A stretch of DNA of 61,479 nucleotides, the filler included. It is 8 parts of 8 records of this genome, joined end to end, with 100 filler letters (N's around TTAATTAATTAA, not from the genome) between each part and the next. Parts side by side here need not be neighbours in the genome. Positions count along the whole stretch, not along the records: positions 7,338 to 15,166 come from SRR31156797_21828; positions 15,267 to 25,787 come from SRR31156797_21843; 6 more parts are not named here. One strand, 5' to 3'. Under the pieces are notes generated by a model. That model worked only from the letters and a program-made list of their open reading frames with translations. It was not told the origin of the DNA and searched no databases. Positions 10,031-19,791 of the stretch are shown here, piece by piece; the first letter of the stretch is position 1, and each line of letters opens with the position of its first letter. A program made the position numbers and the translations under genes.

Positions 10031-10090
10031 TTGACTTTTAAGACGACTGGTCATATAATTATACTAAGAAAAACGTGACCGATCGTCTCA
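10031..10090 (+). promoter_or_regulatory. Promoter of the peroxiredoxin-like gene with two TetR-type operators
   Basis: TTGACT-tttaAGACGACTGGTCA-TATAAT; second box TGACCGATCGTCT at 10076-10088. Confidence 0.8.
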
Positions 10091-10115
10091 AGAAAATAAG
10101 AGGAGGATATTAATT

Positions 10116-10766
10116 ATGAATTTAGCGACTCAGTTAGCAAAATTTAGTGAAGAGGGAATAAAAAAACTACCGCAAGATATTAAAGAATTATTTAAATCTG
10201 AAGCTCAGAGAGTTCTAGAATTAGGTATTGAAAAAACTGCACTAAAAACAGGTGATAAACTTCCGGAATTTAAATTGCAAAACGCTTTTGGAGATTTAGT
10301 CAGCTCAGAGGAACTATTAGAAAAAGGGCCATTAATTGTTTCATTTTATAGAGGTGCCTGGTGTCCGTATTGTAATCTGGAACTGGCTGCTTATCAAAGG
10401 GTTATGCCTGAAATCAAAGAAGCCGGAGGACATTTTGTAGCGATATCACCTGAACTGCCGGACGAATCACTTTCCTTAGTTGAAAAACATACATTGAAAT
10501 ATGAAGTTTTAAGTGATATAAATAATGAACTTGCTGATTTATTTGGACTAAAATTTAGAATTAGTGATGAGTTAGCTGCTGCTTACAAAGGATTTGGTTT
10601 TGACCTTGTTAGAGCACATGGAAATGAGAATTATGAGATACCTGTGCCAGCTACATATGTGATCAATTCAGATGGGACAATAGTTCTTGATTATGTTAAT
10701 ACCAATTATAAAACGAGATTGGAACCGGAAGAAGCAATCATAGCACTGGAGCAACACACTTATTAA
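10116..10766 (+). CDS. Peroxiredoxin-like AhpC/TSA family protein
   Basis: FYRGAWCPYCNLEL, VAISPE, PVPATYVI; GGAGG SD. Confidence 0.9.
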   Translation: MNLATQLAKFSEEGIKKLPQDIKELFKSEAQRVLELGIEKTALKTGDKLPEFKLQNAFGDLVSSEELLEKGPLIVSFYRGAWCPYCNLELAAYQRVMPEIKEAGGHFVAISPELPDESLSLVEKHTLKYEVLSDINNELADLFGLKFRISDELAAAYKGFGFDLVRAHGNENYEIPVPATYVINSDGTIVLDYVNTNYKTRLEPEEAIIALEQHTY

Positions 10767-10775
10767 AAACATATA

Positions 10776-10804
10776 AAAAGAAGCCTGATTACAAGGCTTC
10801 TTTT
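10776..10804. terminator. Bidirectional terminator
   Basis: AAAAGAAGCCT...AGGCTTCTTTT between convergent genes. Confidence 0.7.
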
Positions 10805-10813
10805 ATGTAATTA

Positions 10814-11896
10814 CTATTTATTTTTCATTAACTCCAGGTATGCTTCCTCGGTACCTTTTACTCTTGCAGCTATTTTTGCAAAAGCAGTATTTCTACTCGT
10901 AGCTATATCATCACTAAATGGAGAAAAACCGCAATCATCTGTCGTACCAAGCTGTTCTACTGGAATGTGTTTCGCAGCTAATAGTACTCTGTCACGAACA
11001 AGTTCAACAGTTTCAATCTCTTCGTCGATAACATTAATTACTCCTATAAAAACTCTTTGATTCACTCCTAAATTTTCTGAGATTAACTTTAAAGCTTCTT
11101 CTGGATTTTTTTCTCCGGCCATCTCCATATAGAAATTACCGACATTTAATGTCATAAGCATAGGGATAAGCTCACTGTAGGGGACATCAGCACTGTGGGT
11201 AGAGTCATGGTCTCCACCAGGGCAAGTATGTACTCCAATTCTTAATCTTTCTTCCTCTGAAAAATGAGATAAAACTTGATTGATAATATCGATAAAATTT
11301 TGTAATAGTTTTTTAGATGGATCAAGTTTTACGGCAAGTCTTCCTTCAGTAAAATCAATTTGAACTTTATGTGCCCCGTTGTCAAAACAACTTCTAATAT
11401 CCTTTACAGATTCTTGAATTAGATCGGCCAAAAATTGCTTTTTTGAGTAGTTATTGATTTCCTCTTCCGGATAAAGTAAACTCATTGCAGAAGCAGAAAT
11501 TACAGCTTGTTTCATAGGTTTACTCGTAAACTTCTTTGCTCTTTTTAGAAAAGAACCTGCATATTTTGCATACTTAAACGGCCCCTTAGTTAAACAAGGC
11601 AATTGTCTAGTATGCCCGTCTTCAAATGGAATAACAACTCCTTTTGAGCTAAGGTTATCAAGTCCCTCAAGGGGATAAGTAACAAAACTTGATTTTGTTT
11701 GCTCTCCGTCACTTATTACAGGTGAGTTTGTAGCCTCAAGTTTCCTAATGGTTTCTTTTACAGCATCATTAAATATCATATCTAATTCTTCAGCAGCCAT
11801 AACACCTTGTGTATAGGCAGTTATTGCACTCTGAACCTCTTTGGATCTTGGTATACTACCTATCGGCTCAGTAGGTATAGCTTTGATATTTGTCAT
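10814..11896 (-). CDS. Single-barrel ('core') cobalamin-independent methionine synthase II family protein
   Basis: GSIPR, SDGEQ, Zn ligands HTCPG and DDCGF; 360 aa, about half of MetE. Confidence 0.85.
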   Translation of the reverse strand: MTNIKAIPTEPIGSIPRSKEVQSAITAYTQGVMAAEELDMIFNDAVKETIRKLEATNSPVISDGEQTKSSFVTYPLEGLDNLSSKGVVIPFEDGHTRQLPCLTKGPFKYAKYAGSFLKRAKKFTSKPMKQAVISASAMSLLYPEEEINNYSKKQFLADLIQESVKDIRSCFDNGAHKVQIDFTEGRLAVKLDPSKKLLQNFIDIINQVLSHFSEEERLRIGVHTCPGGDHDSTHSADVPYSELIPMLMTLNVGNFYMEMAGEKNPEEALKLISENLGVNQRVFIGVINVIDEEIETVELVRDRVLLAAKHIPVEQLGTTDDCGFSPFSDDIATSRNTAFAKIAARVKGTEEAYLELMKNK

Positions 11897-12200
11897 GTAA
11901 TAATCCTCTCCTTAGAAAATCAAAATAATATTGAATAAATTTTCCTAATTTAAGTATAATCAATATAGTTGAAAAGTCAAGTTTTGTGTGTCTAAAACAA
12001 TAAAAGTTATCTTAATAAGATTCTTTATAGGTTAAATTATGGTGGTTATAAGAGAGGGTTGTTTTGAGTTATTTTGCGTAAAAATTATTCATAAAATAAA
12101 AAAATGGAGATAATATTAGTGTAAAACTAAATTAAAAACACTAATATTAGTATATAAAAACAGACCTCTTCAAAATAAGAGGTCTGTAAAATTTATATAG

Positions 12201-12593
12201 TTACTTAACTAGTGGATATTTCTCTCTAACAAGTGAAGCCATACCACCGATTACGTTATTTACGTTTTTAAATCCTAAATGAGCAGTCATTATCTTTGTA
12301 GCCTGTGTACTTCTATTTCCAGATTTGCAGTATACAACATACTCTTTATCTTTATCAAGTTGATCAACCTTAGTTTTAAAATCATTTGAGAAAAAATCAA
12401 TATGTTTAGAACCTTTGATATATCCCTCTCTAAGCTCCTGCGCTGTTCGAACATCTAAAACTACTACATTTTTCTCTTTAACTTTCTCTTTTAGATCTTG
12501 TACTTTGATATTATTAAACAATCTTTCTCCACCCTTTCTTTTCATTATTATAAATGCTAATACAATAATTATTCCAATTGATATTAAATTCAT
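12201..12593 (-). CDS. Membrane-anchored rhodanese-like protein
   Basis: N-terminal hydrophobic helix; LDVRT; active loop YCKSGNRS. Confidence 0.88.
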   Translation of the reverse strand: MNLISIGIIIVLAFIIMKRKGGERLFNNIKVQDLKEKVKEKNVVVLDVRTAQELREGYIKGSKHIDFFSNDFKTKVDQLDKDKEYVVYCKSGNRSTQATKIMTAHLGFKNVNNVIGGMASLVREKYPLVK

Positions 12594-12727
12594 CTAATCA
12601 CTCCCAGAACTTATCTTATAAATTATTGTAATCTTAATCAGTATAAAAGTCAATAAAAATATGAAATTTCTGATTTTTGATAAAAGTTATGTTTTTTCAT
12701 GTTTGTTGTTTGATAAAATACTATTTC

Positions 12728-13504
12728 TTACCAATCCATTTCATAGGGCTGCCAATTATCATAGGGTTTATGAATTTTATTATATATTTTTTCAAGTTTT
12801 CCTGAATTTTTCAATTTTCTTAATGCAGCTGATAAAATTTTATTGATTTCATCACTATTATCGTTTTTTGGAATTAGAATAACATCATCAAAACTTTTCC
12901 AGTATTCACGGTTAATATTTTTTAATTTTGCTTCTTTTATAATGAAGTCAATCTCTTCCTGTGCCCATATAAGTGCGTCGACTCTTCCTTTAGAGATCAT
13001 TAAGAGACCTTGTTTGAGATCATTTATAAGTGTTGCATTAAAAGAAGTTTGTGACTCTATTCCTCTTCCGATTAGTATAGAATATGGAAAAAAAATATTC
13101 TCATTTGTTGAATCTTTAATTGCCTGATCAAGCATCTCACGTGTAATTATTTTGTCCATATGAGAATATATAACAAAACTTACTGTTCCCATTTTTTCCT
13201 CAACTATCCGATAAGGAAGTTTTGATTCGTCAACATCATTGTTTCTCATAGCTGGAATATGAAAATCTGCATGGGAAGTTTTAATATTGTGGACAGAACG
13301 TGCAAATGGGTAGATGGAGATATTGATACTTCCCTCTGTATAAACTTCGTCGATTGCCTTAACTAAGTCTACAAATGCTCCTTTATTTGGAGTTTCAGCT
13401 AAAATAGGTAAATGCGCTAAACTTGCATTTAAGTCTCTAGCAAATGTAGTTACTTTAAATCCGCATAAACTTAATAAAGTTATTAATAAGATTAGCTTCC
13501 TCAT
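12728..13504 (-). CDS. Extracytoplasmic solute-binding protein (family 3-like)
   Basis: Signal peptide; YPFARS; KGRVDALI; terminal LKNSGKLEKIY. Confidence 0.7.
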   Translation of the reverse strand: MRKLILLITLLSLCGFKVTTFARDLNASLAHLPILAETPNKGAFVDLVKAIDEVYTEGSINISIYPFARSVHNIKTSHADFHIPAMRNNDVDESKLPYRIVEEKMGTVSFVIYSHMDKIITREMLDQAIKDSTNENIFFPYSILIGRGIESQTSFNATLINDLKQGLLMISKGRVDALIWAQEEIDFIIKEAKLKNINREYWKSFDDVILIPKNDNSDEINKILSAALRKLKNSGKLEKIYNKIHKPYDNWQPYEMDW

Positions 13505-13683
13505 GCTATTTCTCCTTTGATTTTAAACACTATAAATAATTCTACCAAAATTACTATACTTTTATAAAATTATACACTATGTTATTGCTTATGACAATGA
13601 AAAGTGCTTAGAGGAAAATAAAACAAGCCCTTAAAACAGGGCTTGCGTAATTTTTTAGATTCTATTTATTGTTAAAACAGGAT

Positions 13684-15018
13684 TTAGTTTAAATCTCTTA
13701 CTAATCTTACGAAATTGAATATTCTGTTTGCATCTCCCTGAGGAGCATCTCCATAGTAGTATCCATTATCAAGTTTAGTTAATTTGTCAAGTGAAGCTTC
13801 TGATTTTGGATCACTTCTTTGTGCACCTGCACCATGTACATCTATCCAACCATTTTCATACCCCATAGCTCTTCCCATTGGTACATAACAACCATTTGAA
13901 CCGTCACCTGATGCTGAAGCATGTGTTGTACCAGACCAGTACCAAGGATAATCTTTTTCATAATTTTCATTTGTAATCTCAGTACAGTTGAAGAAATCAG
14001 TATCAATAGCAGGTTTACCGTTGTAATCAGGAGCATTGCTGTATTCAGTTAAACTTTGCATCTCTTTGATATTTGGTAATCTCCAGTCACTGTGACCTAA
14101 GTAATTTTCAGCATTTTTCTCTTGTACCCACGCTAGAGCTGATTGCCAGTCCATACCTTCTTGGCTATCATCTTGTGACCACATAAGACCAGTTGCTTTA
14201 TCTGTTACAGTTCCGTTAGTATTATCAACGAAATCATTCATTCCATATTGTTCATTTCCTCTAACTAATTGTACGAAGAAAGTTTTATCGATGCTATCAC
14301 CAAATGGCATTAAAGCTCCGTATCCTTTGATTCTACCATCAGCAAAGTTAACACCGAAATAAAGAGTCTCTTTTAAACTGTCTCCACTACCTACATAAAC
14401 GTTTGTTGATAAGTATTGTGAATCGATGATTCTTTCTCTTTTATCAGTTTCTCCATATGCAAAGTTAAATGCATCTGTGTCAATAAATGGATTTAATAAA
14501 GACGTATCAGCTGCAGCCATTGGATCTGGATCAGTTCCTGTAAATTGAATTAATGAGTATAACTCTTTTGCACTTGGTAATCTCCAGTCACTATATCCAC
14601 CATAATTCATTGCATTTACTTCTTCGACATATTCTTGTGCCGCATCGAAACTCATCTTATCTTCTTTTTGAGGAGTATCTAAACTAGTGTTTGGTCCCTT
14701 CATCCATGTTAAACCTGTTACATTATCGAATACTACTTTTCCATCATTACTTACTGTATAGTCAGCTTGGAATCCATCAAAGTTTGCATCTTGTCCGTAG
14801 AACTCATCCTCTACTACTGTAACTGCTTCTATCTCAGCAAGATCACTATAGAATTTAGTTTGATTAGTATCAACTATTGCATAAGATAAAGTATTAGTTT
14901 TGTTCATTTTCACTGTTTCAACAGCTTCCTGCTTTGCTTCATTAGATGTACATGCAGTCATAGCTACAATAGATATTCCAGCTAAAAGTATAGCTGCTTT
15001 TTTCATTAAGTTTGTCAT
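13684..15018 (-). CDS. Lipoprotein with two DUF1566 (Lcl C-terminal) domains
   Basis: Lipobox MTAC; two copies of D..TGL.W...DWRLP..KE; FVRLVR terminus. Confidence 0.85.
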   Translation of the reverse strand: MTNLMKKAAILLAGISIVAMTACTSNEAKQEAVETVKMNKTNTLSYAIVDTNQTKFYSDLAEIEAVTVVEDEFYGQDANFDGFQADYTVSNDGKVVFDNVTGLTWMKGPNTSLDTPQKEDKMSFDAAQEYVEEVNAMNYGGYSDWRLPSAKELYSLIQFTGTDPDPMAAADTSLLNPFIDTDAFNFAYGETDKRERIIDSQYLSTNVYVGSGDSLKETLYFGVNFADGRIKGYGALMPFGDSIDKTFFVQLVRGNEQYGMNDFVDNTNGTVTDKATGLMWSQDDSQEGMDWQSALAWVQEKNAENYLGHSDWRLPNIKEMQSLTEYSNAPDYNGKPAIDTDFFNCTEITNENYEKDYPWYWSGTTHASASGDGSNGCYVPMGRAMGYENGWIDVHGAGAQRSDPKSEASLDKLTKLDNGYYYGDAPQGDANRIFNFVRLVRDLN

Positions 15019-15340
15019 TTTAATACCTCCAAAAGTTTTAATAAATTAATTAATAAAAATGCCGTGAAAGAATTTTTCATAAGTTGCCGTTCTTTGTGTG
15101 GCTTTCATCTTGTAACCATTTTATAGCAAAGTGAAAAAAAAATCGTCTCATTAGCAAAAATGAGACNNNNNNNNNNNNNNNNNNNNNNNNNNNNNNNNNN
15201 NNNNNNNNNNTTAATTAATTAANNNNNNNNNNNNNNNNNNNNNNNNNNNNNNNNNNNNNNNNNNNNGCCGCCAACTTCTTTGGTGCTTTTTTTATTTCTT
15301 AATTTTTCTTACAAATCTTTATTACTTTACTAATGCTTTT

Positions 15341-15922
15341 ATGCTATACTATTATATGTTAAAATTAATATTACCTTTTTTAATCATGTTTTTATTTTCT
15401 GGTTGTGGGTCTTTATTACCTTCAGTTGAAAAACAAAATACATCTACTTGGAAGACTTATGATGATATTGAAAAAAGTTTTAAAGAGATACACTCTTTAA
15501 AAACAACAAAAGAGCAATTACACGCTTTTGGGTTTGATCCTTTCAAAAATAAAAATATTAAACTTTTAAATTATCTTGATATTATGAATAAGTTTCTTAT
15601 ATCTCCTTCAATTAGTTTAGATGATCTTGATAGTAATTTAAGTAAATGTTTAAAAGAACATAATAAGTGCTATGGGTATGAGATTAATTTAGAAGTGATT
15701 AATCAAAAAAGATACGGAAGTGTTTTTTTAGACTTATTTAACTTTGAAAGAAAAACTAAGATCACTGGGTGGAATTTTCATGCGATAGTTGTTTTTCAGA
15801 ATGATATAGTAGTCTATAAGATATCAAATGGAGATCCAAATATCAATACAAAAGAGGAAAAAAGAAATCCACTTGGACCTTTTCAAAGTATGGAGTCTGT
15901 GTTAAGAACAGCTGTTGAGTAG
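15341..15922 (+). CDS. Hypothetical lipoprotein
   Basis: Lipobox FSGC; true start probably the second Met (MLKLIL). Confidence 0.7.
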   Translation: MLYYYMLKLILPFLIMFLFSGCGSLLPSVEKQNTSTWKTYDDIEKSFKEIHSLKTTKEQLHAFGFDPFKNKNIKLLNYLDIMNKFLISPSISLDDLDSNLSKCLKEHNKCYGYEINLEVINQKRYGSVFLDLFNFERKTKITGWNFHAIVVFQNDIVVYKISNGDPNINTKEEKRNPLGPFQSMESVLRTAVE

Positions 15923-16664
15923 GTTAATGAAGTTTTTATTTCTTTTTATAACTTATGTGAGCTTTTTATATTCATCAATTTTAGAAGCAAAGTATGAAGT
16001 GTCTTATGGATCAATTGCTACATTAGGATATGCAAAGACAGTCTTAGAAAAAAAAGAGCATACATATTATATACGTATAGAAGCAAATACAATAGGCTTT
16101 GCAAAAGCTTTGTCAAATAATAGACAAGAGATTTTTGAGAGTCGTGGTAAAGTAATAAATAATATATTAGTTCCTTCTACATATATTCAAACAAAGAAAA
16201 CAAATAGTTATACGAAAATAAAAAGATTTCGTTTTGATCATCCTAATAAAGTGGTTCACTCGGAGTCTATTCATCAGTATACAGATGGAAGACAAGGAGA
16301 GTATTTTAAGGATACCTATAAGTACTATGCCCCAAATGATACACTTACTTTATATTTTAATATTATAGAGTTATTAAAAGACTCTAAAGAGCTTCAGATG
16401 GTTTTTTATGCAATTGGTGGAAGAAAAAATGATGGAAGAATTGATGTGATTCGACCGATAGATGAAGAGCTTGAAAGTTTGAAGAGTTTAATGGATCTTC
16501 AAGATGATGAGACCTTATTAAAAATCATTATCCATCAAGATATTTTTTCTAGTGAAAATGGGGCTTTACTTGTAAAGCTTGATAATCAAAAAAACATTTG
16601 TACAAAAGCAGTGTTAGAAAATGTGCTTTTATTTGGAGATATCGTAGGAGAGATTCTCCCTTAA
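15915..16664 (+). CDS. Exported protein, DUF3108-like
   Basis: Signal peptide, beta-rich body, terminal VLLFGDIVG. Confidence 0.6.
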   Translation: MSRLMKFLFLFITYVSFLYSSILEAKYEVSYGSIATLGYAKTVLEKKEHTYYIRIEANTIGFAKALSNNRQEIFESRGKVINNILVPSTYIQTKKTNSYTKIKRFRFDHPNKVVHSESIHQYTDGRQGEYFKDTYKYYAPNDTLTLYFNIIELLKDSKELQMVFYAIGGRKNDGRIDVIRPIDEELESLKSLMDLQDDETLLKIIIHQDIFSSENGALLVKLDNQKNICTKAVLENVLLFGDIVGEILP

Positions 16665-16669
16665 AAGTT

Positions 16670-17860
16670 TTATTGATTTGTAATACTAAGTATTTTCACA
16701 TTATATTTTTTTTCATAATATTTCATAAGTAGGGCTTGTAAGGTTGGTTGATGAGAGGGAACAAACCAAGCGTTATTAGAAATAGCAATCATATATTTAG
16801 TATCTAGATTTTCAAAGATCTTATCAGTGGTTGCTTCATAACAGATCGCATTTCTAAATTTTATCCCTTTAATAGTAAAGGTAGTTGGATTTTTTGCTAC
16901 TTCATAATCACTCGCACCATTATAAAAAGTATTATTGATCCAGTTTCGTATCATTTCAGGAAAAGGCACCGCTTCTCCAAATGGTACAAGAACAACTTTA
17001 TGGGCTATGGTGATCTTTTCATTATCAAAGAGATAGGTTGAATTATGAAGTTGTTTATTTTCTCTATGAAGTGCTCCTACTACTATGGATATTTTTTTTG
17101 AATAGTGTTGTAGTCGCTCAAGTAAAAAGGTTTCTTGATTTAGGATAATAGGAAATGCTGTCTCAGGAAAGATGATAAGATCATAGTTTTGCTGGATCGC
17201 TATTTTAATGGCATTTAAATTCTCTTTGATGATTTCATTTCGGTTTTCTTTTTTCCATTTCTCTTCTTGTGGTATATTGGTATTATATTGTTTAATGTTT
17301 AGATTTGGCAAATCTATTTGTTGTTGGTGAAAATAGTTAAATGATATGAGTGCTAGGATTGTAGTTATATAAAAAGGGAGTGAAGTTTTTCTTTTTTTAT
17401 AAGTATGAATAAAGAAAGCCGAGATAAATAGAATAATAAAAAACTCTATTTTTGAGATACCAATATAACTATTCACAAACAAAAGCTCAGGTTTAAACCA
17501 ATTAAAACCAAACGGAGCTATAAAACTTAAAAGAAAAAAATAAGAGGCTTTTAGATAAATATTTTTTAAAAAGCCAGCTAGTAAAAAAAGAATACCATAA
17601 GCACTTGCTATTGCAACTACTACAAGTGGAGCTAAATAAAATAGATCATAATAGATAAAACTATACCCTATCCACCAAAACCATAATATCCCAATAAGGG
17701 TACCTGAAATAAAGAGTTCTTTTTTAGAAAGTTCAAATAATAGCAATATTGCACCTAGTGATATAAGTGTATTTAATAATAAAAATTGTATTTCTAAATA
17801 TTCTAGATAAAGAAAACTTGAGAAGAAAAGGGTTAAAATAATAGGTTTTAGATAATTCAT
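16670..17860 (-). CDS. lnt: Apolipoprotein N-acyltransferase
   Basis: Multi-TM N-terminus; nitrilase triad motifs FPETAFP, KVVLVPFGE, ICYE; SNNAWF. Confidence 0.9.
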   Translation of the reverse strand: MNYLKPIILTLFFSSFLYLEYLEIQFLLLNTLISLGAILLLFELSKKELFISGTLIGILWFWWIGYSFIYYDLFYLAPLVVVAIASAYGILFLLAGFLKNIYLKASYFFLLSFIAPFGFNWFKPELLFVNSYIGISKIEFFIILFISAFFIHTYKKRKTSLPFYITTILALISFNYFHQQQIDLPNLNIKQYNTNIPQEEKWKKENRNEIIKENLNAIKIAIQQNYDLIIFPETAFPIILNQETFLLERLQHYSKKISIVVGALHRENKQLHNSTYLFDNEKITIAHKVVLVPFGEAVPFPEMIRNWINNTFYNGASDYEVAKNPTTFTIKGIKFRNAICYEATTDKIFENLDTKYMIAISNNAWFVPSHQPTLQALLMKYYEKKYNVKILSITNQ

Positions 17861-17974
17861 AGATTTATTTTAGCATAAATTTAAAAAATTTAGAGAAATT
17901 GTAAAGATTTAAATATTAATTAAAGTTAGTTTTGTTATGATTTACCAACTTACATATTTATAGGAGATAACGGT

Positions 17975-18247
17975 ATGAACAAGAGTGAATTAATAGCAGC
18001 AGTTGCAGATAAAGCTGGGTTAACTAAAAAAGATGCAGGTGCTGCGTTAGAGGCTACATTAGAAACAATTACAGAAGCATTAGCTAAAGGTGATTCTGTT
18101 TCTTTTATCGGGTTTGGAACATTTACTACTTCAAAAAGAGCTGCTAGAGAGGGAATCAACCCTTCAACTGGTGCTAAAATTAAAATTGCTGAATCAACTG
18201 TTGCAAAATTCAAAGTTGGTGCTAAATTAAAAGAAGCTGTTAAGTAA
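17975..18247 (+). CDS. hup: DNA-binding protein HU
   Basis: MNKSELIAAVA, GFGTF, RAAREGINPSTG. Confidence 0.95.
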   Translation: MNKSELIAAVADKAGLTKKDAGAALEATLETITEALAKGDSVSFIGFGTFTTSKRAAREGINPSTGAKIKIAESTVAKFKVGAKLKEAVK

Positions 18248-18273
18248 TTTCAATTACTTTATAATATCTTAAT

Positions 18274-18305
18274 AAAAAGGGGAAAGATTGTATCTTTCCC
18301 CTTTT
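18274..18305. terminator. Bidirectional terminator between hup and der
   Basis: AAAAGGGGAAAGAT-TGT-ATCTTTCCCCTTTT. Confidence 0.75.
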
Positions 18306-19778
18306 TTAATGCTCTTCATCATCCCCTTCAAAATATTGATACTCTTCGAGTACAAAATCTGTAGGAACTAAAAGTTCTTGGAATTCTGATTCAAACTCTT
18401 CTTCCTCTTCAACTCTTTGCCCTCGACCACGAGCTACGATTCTAAGAGGAACTCCTTCAAAATCAATTCTATCTCTTAGAAAGTTAATCAAGTATCGTTT
18501 ATATGAAAAGTGAAGCATTCTAGGCTTATTCATAATAACAGCTATGGTTGGAGGATTTGTATCAAACTGTGTTGCAAAATAGATTCGAAGACGGTTTCCA
18601 TTTGGACTAGGAAGTGAGTGTCTTCTTATAGCATCTTCAATAGTTCTATTAAGAATCGAAGTTGGTATTCTTTTATGATAGTTATCTGATACCTCTATGA
18701 TCTTCTCTTCTAATCTTTTGATACTTCTTCCTGTTTTTGCAGAGACTGCAATGATCGGCGCATAATAAAGAAATCTAAATCGAAATCGTATCTCTTCTAC
18801 AAGCTTATCATAGGTGTCCATATTCTCATCCCATTTATTAAGAACAATAATAGTGCCTAATCCAAATTTATCCACAAGTCCAGAGATCTTCTCATCTTGA
18901 TCACTAATGGGTTTTGAAGCATCTAATACAACTAAAGCAACATTTGCTTGAGCAAGCATATCTTCTGTTCTTAAAAAGGCATATTTCTCAATCCCTGTAA
19001 TTTTTCCACGACGTCTAAGACCTGCCGTATCAACGAATGTGATAAGCTTGTCTTCTACTTGATATGTTTCATCTACAGGATCTATTGTAGTTCCTGCTAT
19101 TGGTGAGACTACAGATCTCTCTTCTCCTATAAGAGCATTGAGAATAGAACTCTTCCCCACATTTGGTTTTCCAATGATTGCCACTTTTATATGATTTGGA
19201 TCAAATTTTGGTTTTTTCTCTTCAATATCTTCTTGATCAATCTCTTCATCATTTTCATCAAGTTCTTTGGGTTTATTTGGATTCTCTGGAAGTTTTTCAT
19301 AGAGCCAATCAAATAGTTTTCTAGTTCCTCGATTGTGTGAAACCGATATCCCAAAAAGTTCCCCCTCATCGATCCCAAAACTAAAAAACTCCCAAAGTCG
19401 TTCTAGTTCACTATCGTTATCTATTTTATTTACTACAAGAGCAAGTGTTTTTCCTAGTTTTTGTAGCTCATAAAACAGTGTTTTATCACTATCATCTGGT
19501 ATCCTTTTCCCATCTACCATATATAAAACAATATCAGCTTCTTTTGCTGTTTCTATTGAGAGTCTTTTAACACTTGAAAATATCTCATCATTTGTATTAT
19601 CAATTCCACCTGTATCTAACATAAGAGCAGGGCGATCATATATCTCAACCTCTCTTCGTCTTATATCTCGTGTGGTTCCAGCAAGATCACTTACTATGGC
19701 AACCTTTTTTTTTGCTATTCTATTAAAAAGGGAGCTTTTCCCTACATTTGGTTGACCTATTAGTGCTATTTTAACCAT
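18306..19778 (-). CDS. der: Ribosome biogenesis GTPase Der (EngA)
   Basis: Tandem GTPase domains GQPNVGKS/DTGG/NKID and GKPNVGKS/DTAG/NKWD plus KH-like C-terminus. Confidence 0.96.
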   Translation of the reverse strand: MVKIALIGQPNVGKSSLFNRIAKKKVAIVSDLAGTTRDIRRREVEIYDRPALMLDTGGIDNTNDEIFSSVKRLSIETAKEADIVLYMVDGKRIPDDSDKTLFYELQKLGKTLALVVNKIDNDSELERLWEFFSFGIDEGELFGISVSHNRGTRKLFDWLYEKLPENPNKPKELDENDEEIDQEDIEEKKPKFDPNHIKVAIIGKPNVGKSSILNALIGEERSVVSPIAGTTIDPVDETYQVEDKLITFVDTAGLRRRGKITGIEKYAFLRTEDMLAQANVALVVLDASKPISDQDEKISGLVDKFGLGTIIVLNKWDENMDTYDKLVEEIRFRFRFLYYAPIIAVSAKTGRSIKRLEEKIIEVSDNYHKRIPTSILNRTIEDAIRRHSLPSPNGNRLRIYFATQFDTNPPTIAVIMNKPRMLHFSYKRYLINFLRDRIDFEGVPLRIVARGRGQRVEEEEEFESEFQELLVPTDFVLEEYQYFEGDDEEH

Positions 19779-19791
19779 TTATTTTTTATCC

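Noticed and set aside
11897-12200. Possible riboswitch upstream of the methionine synthase
   Set aside because: AT-rich with no recognisable SAM, cobalamin or T-box core; the hairpin at about 12161-12187 fits the rhodanese gene terminator.
15145-15166. GTCTCATT...AATGAGAC inverted repeat resembling a half-site of the TetR box
   Set aside because: Spacing differs from the three TetR boxes and it is cut by the contig end, so it cannot be assigned.
17950-18213. 87-aa ORF antisense to hup, and similar antisense ORFs (e.g. 5961-6230, 44886-45464, 43203-43466)
   Set aside because: Shadow frames opposite well-supported genes.
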